Origin: Laetmonice hystrix
Lineage: Eukaryota
Assembly (NCBI GenBank): GCA_965235115.1
Contig: OZ249441.1
Location: 1,860,001-1,924,000 of the forward strand
Direction of reading: 5' to 3'
Length of the DNA stretch: 64,000 nt
Part shown: piece by piece, positions 12,701-24,600 of the stretch
How the letters are laid out: every line of letters starts with the position of its first letter
How positions within the stretch are numbered: the first letter of the stretch is position 1
Made by a program: the position numbers and the translations under genes
The notes under the pieces: generated by a model
Database searches by the model: none
Seen by the model: only the letters and a program-made list of their open reading frames with translations
Told to the model about the DNA's origin: nothing

Positions 12701-14898
12701 AGTGAAATACTTACTATCTGGGTTTGATCATCAAATGGTCTCATTACATTTTTCCTGGAAGAAAAACAAATTGGTTTACCAGTCAGCTTTCTGAGCATTA
12801 CCATTGTTATTGGGAGTACAACATACAGGATCGAGGCTGCACAATACATACACATTCAGGCCTATACATGTACTTATCTATTCATATGTATATTCAGGGG
12901 TATTCTAATTATGTATGAATAAAATTTATGGTACTACAAATGAATAATATATTAATCTCAGGGGTGACTGATTTTTCAAATTAATCACATGCCACAGAAC
13001 AAGTGGACTACAAAATTCCACTTGCCCGGCTCTGACATCCACATGCCCTCCATACTGGTTATTAAGTCTATGTTGGTTCAGAGCACTAGCCATCGGGCTA
13101 TTGTCTTTGGTCTGATGGACTTGCCTGACCATGCAATCACCTTGCCTTGGGCGTTAGGAATCGGCCATCACTGTATCTATTAGTTCTTACCTTCTGAACA
13201 TTACTGAACTTGGTTTCTTCAACAGGTACTGCAAATATAAAGTAAAGTCGAAAGATGTGGTTCAAATTCATAAAAAACTTTTTCATCACCTTATGTAATT
13301 GCCATGACTGTAACTATCAGACTTCCTTTCAAAAGAAAAGAAAGACTATATCTACATCCTATACTGATAAACTAATTTTACTAATGATGCCAGCAGCTTC
13401 TGAATCTCTACTGACAAATTAGCTTAACAGTTGTGGGATGTCTATCAGTGCAAAATACATTTAGAGTGAGTGAGTCTATGTTTCCATGTATGCCACGTCC
13501 CAGTATGTCAGACTCCACGTCCCAAGTGTACATTTCATTCTCCAGTCAATATTTCTCCTTATAAATAAAAGTTTTTAGCATTAATTGCTGTTAGTTAAGT
13601 GCCCAGTAAGAGAGTGTTCGCTATGTTGTTAATTGACCAAATTGGCATGTCTGGCCCCATCTAAAGATCCCCACTATGGACTCCCGTATCGGGAACATGG
13701 GCGACTGCCGCCCGTTGACTTGCAGTCTGTGCCAAATACTTTTTTTAGTACTAGACTGACGGGCTAGTGAGTGAAAAGTTTTACTAGCCCCCCCATCTTT
13801 TCACTAGACTCAAAATGAGCTCCTAAGCAGTGAAACAAAACACATTCATGGGGAGAACCTGTTCATGGGGGAGAGGGGGTAATCCTCCCACTGGTAGGGT
13901 CCACGGGTCTCCCTTGAAAAAAAAAATTTCAGGGTCCCAACAGGCGAATTCTGTTGTTTGAAAAACAGTTGAGAACTTCCTCATACCTTTTTTTGGGGGC
14001 CACGCCTACCTCCTTTTTCTGATCAATTCGAAAGCTCTAGGCCTAAGATTCAAAGTTGGTGGTACCTACCGGGTGTTTATGTGCATTGTTGGTTGTTGAT
14101 TTCGGAGATTTGGAAACCTCTATATGGAAAAGGTAATAAAGGGGCGATTTTGACTTTCAGACTGGCGGGCTAGTGCAGCCAGTGCTTTCACTAGCCCCCC
14201 ACAATTTCTACTAGACATGGGCTTCGGGCTAGTGGCTAACGTCGCAGACTCAGACTGGACTTGACCACCTGACTTGGGGTGAGTGGGGCATGGACTCTGG
14301 GACATGGCGCACATGGGACATGGAGTCTGACAAAAAATAGATGTTAGAATCTATTATCTTACAAATATTTTTGTACTTAGCAATTCTTGAAAGAATACTA
14401 CTGACCAAATCTTTTAAAGCTTTTGTCACCGTCTCACTTGTGCGTCCTCCCCGTATATACATTGTTTGTTTGTCATTTTCAATAAGTTTTGGCGCTCGTT
14501 TTTCTAAAGCTCTTTTTGCTCGTTGTGTTTTCGGTTTCCTGTGAATACAAAAGTATCAAACCTGATTATCATGACAAATTTGAGCAACTGTTGCTACATC
14601 TACTATCTAGCCACGTATTATCATTGATTATCATGACATCATTCAGCATCCCACAGGGGTCGTAAAATCCGGTAGTCCGACGCCCGGACTAAGCAAATCC
14701 ATTAAACTAGTCCAACATGGCCTATTATCCCACGACGTGCCGATAAAATGGCGAAGACTGAATTAAAACTTTCCTAATATCGCCCAGGATATTTCAGGTT
14801 ACACGTGTCTACACCTTACTTACACACAGAAAGGAACTTTTCAATGTTTTCCCAGAGCGTACACATGTTTCTACTTACACTATACGCTGGAGGACCAT
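3741..14898 (-). CDS. RPF2: Ribosome production factor 2 homolog (Brix domain), 10 exons, 323 aa
   Basis: Exons (minus): 14898-14879, 14538-14406, 13228-13191, 12754-12715, 12488-12407, 11992-11916, 5467-5368, 5123-5021, 4832-4688, 3974-3741. All introns are GT-AG with compatible phases; total 972 nt. The translation MVLQRIVKPKTQRAKRALEKRAPKL...RPFDDQT...LFMFGSHSKKRPHNLVIGRLF...LDMIELG...KPCLVFAGEPF...DFFRG...PRIELTEMGPSLDL...DSFGTKHGRIHMEKQDLGKLQTRKMKGLK matches RPF2 family motifs. Confidence 0.96.
3969..4672. repeat. 118-bp tandem repeat x6 filling RPF2 intron 9, each copy containing the 3' splice site
   Basis: Minus-strand CAG copies at 3975, 4090, 4208, 4326, 4444 and 4562. Confidence 0.92.
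5566..7147. repeat. 79-bp minisatellite, ~20 copies, in RPF2 intron 6
   Basis: Unit ctttaatatactctatcaaccacatccttcagtaaggaagatcttccttggctaagtgtaagccgggctgaggtgtaga. Confidence 0.93.
7175..7334. mobile_element. Possible small MITE (11-bp inverted ends GTTGACACACC)
   Basis: GTTGACACACC at 7175-7185 and GGTGTGTCAAC at 7324-7334; no clear TSD. Confidence 0.35.
7830..8528. repeat. 55-bp minisatellite, ~12 copies
   Basis: Unit acacacggcacaacacatggaaaacaacgccacatcatgtaacggtgaccatagt. Confidence 0.9.
8529..11290. repeat. C/A-rich 17-19-bp minisatellite (ccaccacacaccctcaccc), ~2.8 kb
   Basis: Direct inspection; source of the spurious ~970-aa P/H/T ORFs. Confidence 0.95.
11473..11542. other. Perfect inverted repeat (34-bp arms, 2-nt loop)
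   Basis: accttcacagccaacaaagattaatcaaatatac-aa-gtatatttgattaatctttgttggctgtgaaggt. Confidence 0.95.
12168..12325. repeat. Short ~44-bp tandem repeat, 3-4 copies
   Basis: ggtcatatcatcaagggatacttctattat...ggggttacgagagccca repeated. Confidence 0.75.
13506..14332. mobile_element. Possible non-autonomous DNA transposon remnant with TGT...ACA 19-bp inverted ends
   Basis: tgtcagactccacgtccca (13506-13524) versus tgggacatggagtctgaca (14314-14332), 18/19 complementary; internal repeated actagccc motifs; no TSD found. Confidence 0.3.
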
Positions 14899-15671
14899 AA
14901 TGACACAGTCTGGTCAAGTATTTCAAGATTATGAAGCGGCGTTCACGGTCTTATTTACCGACCATGTGTTCTGTTCAGGTTTGTGACGTCACGCCACACG
15001 GTCCATAAATAGGTTGGGGAATCCCTCGTGCAGTCCACCACGAAGATCGCTCACAAATTCAGTTTATGAAGTATATACAGGCCTATCTACTCCCAGATGA
15101 TCATAACTTAAAATATCACAGTTGTTGTCCCTGACATGGGCCAGAATTCTGCCAATTAGAACTTTTTCCCTAGGCCTATCTATGCGCATTTGCGGTTCCT
15201 TTCCATTGGTCGGGTAAGTGAGTTACTGGATTCATATTTTGGCGTGACCGCATGGGAATTCCCTGATGACGTCACAAACATGATTTGTCCCGGAAGGAAA
15301 ACTATAGCCTCGTCCCTATTTCCTTGTAAACTAGGTCTAAAATAGATAACTGTCTGTTATTACTTCACAATTCTACATAGTGTCCGTCTCATTAATATAT
15401 ATTTATCATAATTATTAAATAATGACAAAATTGCTTACCAAGAGAATAATGTCATATTATTTCAGCGGTATAAGGCTATCTCTCCCACGATACACCTCAC
15501 AGCATGCCCGGAAGTTTCTCCCTAGCAACGGTGTGGGCGTCGTGTGGAGACGAAAGAGCTCAACCTAACTCACTTGTTTGTCACACTATATCTGTATTTA
15601 TGTAGGGGGAAATAGTATTTGTCACACCCAGGAAAGTTCCACGGACGTCGCTCGATCACAAGTTTGTGACG
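14899..15671. promoter_or_regulatory. Bidirectional promoter region RPF2/CCDC81
   Basis: Divergent ATGs 773 bp apart. TGACGTCA at 14984-14991 and 15267-15274, CCGGAAG ETS-like motifs, and an RFX X-box-like GTTTCTCCCTAGCAAC at 15514-15529. Confidence 0.6.
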
Positions 15672-18600
15672 ATGACGGATGTTATGCAAGCATTGGTCTC
15701 TGAGGCCAAGAAAAACAAGTTTTCCAGCCTTGCACACTCGTTGTCGGATGACGGTAAGTCGCCAAATTTTCTAACTTTAAATTAATACTAGCCATAATTT
15801 GTCTTTACATTACTGAGTTAGACCTTAGGCCAGCCCCCCCCCCCCAACTAACCAACGTAACTTAAAAGACTGCCCCCATTTACATTCCGATAATGGGGTT
15901 CCCAATGTTGGTCACGTCCCTTCCCCCATACATTTTCCTTAGAATCTTCCTTACCTTGGTAAAAACTTAAAGTTAAACTAGACCCTGTAACTAGTGTAAG
16001 TGTAAGGCTGTATTAGGCCCCTACATAAAGATAAATTACATGTGTATGACGGGGTAGACCTCCTCTATGACTATGTTCTTCCCAACAAACTGTTGTCACT
16101 GTTGATGTAGGGGCTAGGATTAAAACTAGTCTAACGTCACAGGACCCTAATTCGCCGGCTACCCTAATTCGCCATGACGTAGCTTTTTCTGCAAATACTT
16201 GTCCTGTATTGTAAAAAATATTTAGATATAACAATTAACATTCTACATAAAACAAACACATAGCTGAGATGTGCATGGATCCAGGATATCAATTTGGAAG
16301 GGGTAAGACTTGGAAAAGGGGGTACAACAGTCCATTCAGGAAACTATGTAGAAAGTAAAATTTCAAGGGGGCCTGAGACCTGCTAGGTGTGCCCCTGCTT
16401 TCAGTTTCAGCCACCCAGTCCACCCCTATGCCCTTGATCACCCCAATACCCCTGTCCCATCCCCTTATATGTAACCTGGTACCAGAGTACCAAAATGCAA
16501 AAAAATTAAAATTGAAAATTAACCATTTTTTTAAAACCTATGTCGAGGGGGGGGGTTAATTAGTGTAATTAAAATGGCGAATTAGGGTACTGATCTTGCC
16601 AATTGGAGTAACCCTGACTGGAATAATAACCCCTCCCTGGGATTCCCCCAGTAGGGCGTGGAATAACTTAGTTTTCCAATGAAACATCCCGGAAGATGGA
16701 CAGCTTGTTTGAAACGGTTGCTTGACATCATGACTTAAATAATAGTTCAATTATGAGTAAATATATCGTTTTTGGTGGCGAATTAGGGTCCTGTGACGTT
16801 AGGCCTAGGCCTATAGTTAAATTGGATTATAGTTGTTATATTCAAAGAACTTAGATCTACTTGGAGAAATTGGCTTTAATCTGAACATTTTATTTTTAAA
16901 AATTATAATACACATAACGTTATATTTCTAATGATGATAATGGATGGACATTTCTGTTAAGCTTATCACTGACACTGGACAACAGTGTTTAACATCTTAT
17001 GAATAATTTCATCAAGGACTCATAATTTACCGACCAGTAATACTAATTAATAGTATAACATTTTTGTAAATACTGTGTGCATATTCTTTTATATATAGAT
17101 GTGGTCAGCGTTTGGGACAATGTTTCATCATTTGTGGAAAAACAAATGTCCAGTCAGAAGGTGAGGACAATATGATTAGAGTATAGTACCTTCCAGGAGT
17201 CGTAATACTAAATACCTGTCTGTCTAAACAGCTCTTCTAGCTCCTAATTGTAAATCTACAAGATCAGTTTTTTTAACGAGTAAGAGTAGGTAAGATACAG
17301 AATATCAGTAAACACTCGGTTGTCTACATTCATAATACATGATGATGTACTGTAATATGAAAAAGATATCTAAAGCAGTTTTACTGTTCTCCTCAACTAA
17401 TGAAAACAACATTGTTTATTGTTTCAGGGTGTGCATATTCCAGGGCTCGGAACATTCACATTCAGTCAAAAGAAACTGGATGTTGGGAATAATAAATTCA
17501 TACTCGTCCAACGACCAGTGTTCATTCTTTCGGAAAGATTTGCACATACTCATGGACTGGACTACACAAAGCACCACACAACCGGTAAATACTGATCCAT
17601 TACTATCATTTGTAACATACCCCAGTACTGAACAGACCAATGTCCTTCTGGAACAAAGCACATTGATTTAAGAATATTCCCTCGAAAAATATAGCGTAGA
17701 GAATCAGATTGTTAGACGCTCTGTCTGGCCTGACTAAATGAACGACTGAATGGTTGACGATCTGGGTAAAGGATCTCACAAAGGAGACGCGAGCCGTCCT
17801 AATATGGCAACTCTTGTAGTTCTAACCTTATATAACATCAACAAAAACAATCATTACGACAGAATGATAGGTAAGATCTCAGTAAACTACACCAAATGTT
17901 TTATATCAATGATCAGTATAAGGCGTGCATGGATATATTCAGGTACCAGTTCATGCTACCATACCAGTGTGCATGGATATATTCAGGGGTACCAGTTCAT
18001 GCTACCATACCAGTGTGCATGGATATATTCAGGGGTACCAGTTCATGCTACCATACCAGTGTGCATGGATATATTCAGGTACCAGTTCATGCTACCATAC
18101 CAGTGTGCATGGATATATTCAGGTACCAGTTCATGCTACCATACCAGTGTGCATGGATATATTCAGGTACCAGTTCATGCTACCATACCAGTGTGCATGG
18201 ATATATTCAGGTACCAGTTCATGCTACCATACCAGTGGTTATGATAGCACAATCAGTATAATTTAGAAGGCCTCAGACGTTTTAATCTGTCATTCATGAT
18301 TTAATACACATAATACACGATGTGTATGGTTCAACTACATGATCATGCTGTGATTGTTACTGTCATGGTAATGTAACAAGCTTGGGCCTGTTTAGTTGTA
18401 GCATGAGCCCTAGAATTTAAAAGCTTGTTTGACCTTGGCTACTACTTGTAACTATAGTAAGTAGTGCCTCATTGTTTGACCTTGGCTACTACTTGTAACT
18501 ATAGTAAGTAGTGCCTCATTGTAAAATTTATCACTCAGTCAGACAGCTACTTGCGCTTGCTGTATCATAAATGAAACAAGCCACAATGTAGAGCAAGGCA

Positions 18601-21600
18601 AACAGATTACCAGAATGGTTTGGTTGTGAGGTAGGCCAGCTTATCAGGACATTAAACCCAAGTACTTGTATTAAAAAAATGCTGATAAAAGATTCAGGTA
18701 CTGCAGAGGCTCAAAGTTCAGACTCTCTCATTCTTAAGTTTAGGCTCAGGGTTCTTTGGATTTGTACAAGATAATTGGCTTTCAATATCCTGCTAGTATC
18801 TTTTTATTGTTTTATTTGATCATTGAATGGTAATGATGGAGACAGTTGCTCGCCATCCACTTGAGTTTCCTGAAGTTTGAGCCTCTTCGTGTTAGAAATC
18901 ATAAAATTACTCTACTGTAGCTTGCAGATCTTTATGTGTCTGCCTCGGCAGTTCACCTCTTGGGAATATAAGTACAACTCGTATTAATATAGGCCTACTA
19001 CATTATCATCAGTGAAACCATGAGCTTAGTGAACCGAAGCACTAGAGCAACTTTACTTTGTGCTAATCTCTAATCCTTGCTAAGCCAAGAAAAAGCCCAC
19101 CCTCATCATGCTTAATCTCATTACATTACCAGGGTACAGCATCTGTTGATAACCAATATTGTACAAGTTGCCAAGTGTGTGAAACCATGGCTATAAGGTC
19201 ATGTAGTATCCATGCTGCTACAGCATCTGATGATAACCAATATTGTACAAGTTGCCAAGTGTATGAAAACATGGCTATAAGGTTATGTAGTATCCATGCT
19301 ATATATTCATGGTGATAACCAATATTGTACAAGTTGCCAAGTGTGTGAAACCATGGCTATAAGGTTATGTAGTATCCATGCTATATATTCATGGTGATAA
19401 CCAATATTTTACAAGTTGCCAAGTGTGTGAACACATGGCTATAAGGTTATGTAGTATCCATGCTATATATTCATGGTGATAACCAATATTGTACAAGTTG
19501 CCAAGTGTATGAAAACATGGCTATAAGGTTATGTAGTATCCATGCTATATATTCATGGTGATAACCAATATTGTACAAGTTGCCAAGTGTGTGAAAACAT
19601 GGCTATAAGGTTATGTAGTATCCATGCTATATATTCATGGTGATAACCAATATTGTACAAGTTGCCAAGTGTGTGAAAACATGGCTATAAGGTTATGTAG
19701 TATCCATGCTATATATTCATGGTGATAACCAATATTGTACAAGTTGCCAAGTGTGTGAAAACATGGCTATAAGGTTATGTAGTATCCATGCTATATATTC
19801 ATGGTGATAACCAATATTGTACAAGTTGCCAAGTGTGTGAAAACATGGCTATAAGGTTATGTAGTATCCATGCTATATATTCATGGTGATAACCAATATT
19901 GTACAAGTTGCCAAGTGTGTGAAACCATGGCTATAAGGTTATGTAGTATCCATGCTATATATTCATGGTGATAACCAATATTGTACAAGTTGCCAAGTGT
20001 GTGAAAACATGGCTATAAGGTTATGTAGTATCCATGCTATATATTCATGGTGATAACCAATATTGTACAAGTTGCCAAGTGTATGAAAACATGGCTATAA
20101 GGTTAGGTAGTATCCATGATTCAATAAATCTGAGTTAACCCAATTTTCAACCAGAGATGGCTGCCTCAGGAGACATTAGAATTTCAATAGTAATATAGGC
20201 CTAAATGGATCTAACTTCATGTAGTTGATGCTTTACTTTGAATCAACCTATGACCATTTACTAAAAAGTTTACTAACCGATTTCAGATTTTATTCCATAT
20301 GTAAAACAACGATTTTGTTGTTGGTGTGTTTCAGGACAAATACCAGTGGTACAGCTGAACTTTACAGCCTTATCAATAGAAAGTCCATTCGATCGTGACA
20401 CAGTGGAAGCATGTGTAAAAGAAGTTATGCAAGCATTGGCCCGCTCGGTTGCTGCCAGAAAAAATGTGGAGTTCACTTTCTGTGGCATTGGACGACTTCA
20501 AATCCGCGACTCCAAAGTCAAAATGAAGTTTTACAAGGACTTCATCAACAGTATGGACGGTTCGGGACGTCTGGTGGATGCACTTAAAGATGTAAGTCTA
20601 CATCATAGCATATTCTCATTACCTGACCTTTTACTGAGGTCATGGTACGGCTGCCACCACCATTTTATCGTCCTTTATTTAATCTTCATCAACTTAGTAT
20701 ATCAGTATAAGATAATAAATGTAATAGTAGTACACTGTCAAATCTGCCAGGTATAGACACATGTATTACAAACTTGACTGTGCCATATAATCTTCCCCAT
20801 TCTTTTCATCAAATACGAATATTTCAGTGGTGTTGGAACATGTTAAATAGTAGTGACAGGTGGGTTAAATTCTGACCAACAAATTCTGCTTCGCATGACT
20901 ACGTATTGTGCATGGTGCTTGTGAACGTCAAATGTCATGATCATTTCTGTGCACTTCTCACAGTGCCTGTGAGCATCTAACAATGTATCACAGTTGTTTT
21001 GATTATGTTATTGTTCAGTTGAAGTCGTTTTATAGTCTCTGCCTCATGGTGAGTATGACACGTGATGCAGCAGATAATAGTCTACCGCACAGAATTTTCT
21101 ATCTTGGTTTCTCTTATGCAATGTCCACATGGTTCAAAGTTGAGGTCTATATTTTCATATATATTATATATTTTCATGTTTACATATATATTTAACAAAA
21201 ACTTTGTTACAGTTAATGAATTGTTAACGTGGAAGTTTGGGCTTGTATATGCCAGTTGAACTTGAGTCATGAGAAAATAAGAATATCATTTTCAGATCAA
21301 GTTGAAATATTCGTGAATGAATAAATTTCGAGCCAGCTCTTAAATTGTTAGAATCAATATCAGTCATCCCTTAGATGAATAAATTTATTTCAGGGGTTTG
21401 AAGGTTTCATGCACATAAAAAAGGTACTTTTCGCTGGTTAAGATAATGCCAGTAATTGCTCTGTAGCAGTGTTGATATTTGTTTAAAGTTGAATACCTTT
21501 TGTTGCATTACCAGAGGCCTGGTACAGTGGATTCCGTCATGTCCGAGCGCAGCCCAACTCGGGCAACAACATCCAATACACTAATCCTCCCAAGGTTAGT

Positions 21601-24600
21601 GTGCCTAGTGTTGGCATTCCTTCCTACACTTACCCTACAGTTATCTTAATCACGTCGCGGTTACAGTAAGACTAATTCTGACTGTAGATTATAATAAAGT
21701 TTATCACCTATTTGGTTGACAGTGCAGTCAGCGTAGACTCTATCAAAGATATTTGAAATTACCTTTTGATGTGCAAAGAAGTTCTATATTTTCATGATTT
21801 TGCACAGAATCAGCAGTGGAGGGTTGGGACTAGGTCCTGCTGAGGCGGGCATGCCCACCATCCGGGAGGAAGGGTGTGGGGAGGACCCCGGGCCTGCTGC
21901 CCCGCCTGGCCCGAACTACACCGACGGGCCCATGGATGCCGTCGACATCCCCGATCCTGACCCGACACAAGAGATTGATATTGGGATGGCTCCCGAGGAC
22001 CCCGACCTGGCTGATGCTATATTTGATGATGACCACTTCTCTTGTGGTAAGTTTGATGTCTTTTATCATTGTGTGATCCTGTTATATGCTTTCACCGCAT
22101 CTGAACGCACCAGCACCAGACCAATACTGACAACACATCCTCCAGTGAAACAAACAGAGAGGGATTAATTTTCATAATTATCATCATTATTATAACATAG
22201 ACGATGACCTCGCATCCAGTGTCTAAATTCCAACAGGCCTGTTTGGGCATTCATTCCCACTCCTCAGTTCCATGCCCAGATTAGATCAAGTGTTTGTAAT
22301 ACTGGTATTGCCATCACCAAGGGAACCAAACACGGTCGATTACTGTCAAAGAATGAATCAATCCAAGTTCAGTACACTTTCTGATTTTTTGTTGTGAGTG
22401 AGAGGGGGAGAATATAATACTTATTAGTTTTGCATTGATTATTTATGACTCCTGCTATTGGTAACGAGTTGGCCAATGAGCAGCCTCGATGGATCAAAGT
22501 CATGAATGTTGCATGATGGCATAGAATTCGATCCGATGGTGTCATGTGTTCAGTGACAAATCACAGTTAAAGTTTTGAGGTCTTGGTTCAGTGGTTCAGG
22601 ATATGCTGGTAGGCTGAGTCCTGCCATGGTTCAGTGGTTCAGGATATGCTGGTAGGCTGAGTCCCGCCATGGTTCAGTGGTTCAGGATATGCTGGTAGGC
22701 TGAGTCCTGCCATTACTGAGAGATAGGATCTAACACTGGAAGTATCTCCAGATCCTCTGGCTGAGGTCAACGAATAGGAAGAGATATTGGAATACCTTCA
22801 CTTCATATTCTCTGGCTGAGGTCAACGAATAGGAGGAGATATTGGAATACCTTCACTTCATATTCTCTGGCTGAGGTCATCGAATAGGAGGAGATATTGG
22901 AATATCTTCACTTCAGATCCTCTGGCTGAGGTCAACGAATAGGAGGAGATATTGGAATACCTTCACTTCATATTCTCTGGCTGAGGTCAACGAATAGGAG
23001 GAGATATTGGAATACCTTCACTTCATATTCTCTGGCTGAGGTCAACGAATAGGAGAAGTTAATAATATTGGAATACCTTCACTTCATATTCTCTGGCTGA
23101 GGTCAACGAATAGGAGGAGATATTGGAATACCTTCACTTTAGATTCTCTGGCTGAGGTCAACGAATAGGAGAAGTTAATAATATTGGAATACCTTCACTT
23201 CATATTCTCTGCTGAGGTCAACGAATAGGAGGAGATATTGGAATACCTTCACTTCATATTCTCTCGTCAGTAGGGAAAAGGTTACCTGGAAATGTCTCAA
23301 CTTTATTCCAAGTCAGTTCGAACAATGACTGATTTTATGAATAATACAATAAGTTGGGTGGATTTACCTGTGAGAAGGCAGAAAACAAAAAGATCAAAAA
23401 AGAAAGGTTGGTGAATTCCTCACTGATTATTTTCTTTTTTAAATTCTTGCTTTATTTAAAAAAAGTTACAGATGCAAGTTAATGTCGGCTCGACATTGAA
23501 TTTGTTGTCAAAAAAAGTGGTTAAAAATAACTTTAAACTTTTGATATCCCAGATTTTATTTTGAATACATTTGATTGTTGACGCCCCATAAGTTCTTAAC
23601 CAGATACCTTTTATATCAGTTCTATAATCTAATATCCTGGATGCATGGGTTTGAGTAGGGTTAGTGCTGCCCATATCAAATGAGAACATTGGAATCCACA
23701 TTCCCAATATGATGTGCAGGAAATCCCATTCAGTGTGTTTCCATAGTGACACGGTAACCAAGGAAACAAAGTAAATAACTCTAAACAGTCCCATGTGTCT
23801 CAGAGAGAGAAAAAATTACAGCGAGCTGGTTCCTCAGCAACAAATTGGCCATAATGATAGGGCGTGAATGGATACAGCTGGGATAATGAGAGTGGTGCTT
23901 AGGTGGCACGTTGACCTCAGTCCCGGCTGAGGCTGCCGTACCATGCCAAGAGTGCCAGCCGCAGCGTTCTATCAGCAGAAATCATCGCCGCAAGGTCAAT
24001 TTACACCCACTCAGCCCTGACTTCAGTTGTTTGACTGACGTTCATCACCGGCAAACTAGATTGTCTGGAAACCGAGAAATTTTGTTCTCGTATCTTATAA
24101 TGCTTTATCTCTCAAATTGTAATTTTGGTGAAAAGATGAAGGGTATTTTATGTCTGTATTAAAGGCATTGTTATATACGGTTCTTTACTTGTTCTATTTA
24201 GTTACATTTTACTTCATCTTGAAACTCTTACTAGTTATTGAGTACTGCTAAAGTTCTGATTATTTTCTTCAAATACATACATACTCAATTTGGTCTTTTT
24301 TAGTCCCTCTGCTTGGAGCAGCTATGTTAATGGATCATGTTTTTCAGATGAAAGACGACGGATTTTCACTTACATAGTTTTTTTCATCTGTGCGTGTTTG
24401 TTGTTGCCAGAACCCCGGGAAATGCCAGTGGCTGAGAGCCGGTTGGCTGGTTCACGGATGGCTGCACCCATGGCCAAGGCGAGCGGGGTGAACTTCTCGG
24501 ACGACCTCATACCCGAGAAGATGTCTCCTAAAGGGTTGCGCGGCAGCCCAGCCATGGCCAAATCCTCACCGAACCCTCTGAGGCGGTCTCTCTCCCCAAT

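Noticed and set aside
23921-23994. Possible extra CCDC81 exon in intron 6
   Set aside because: The 74-nt length and weak donor do not preserve the phase.
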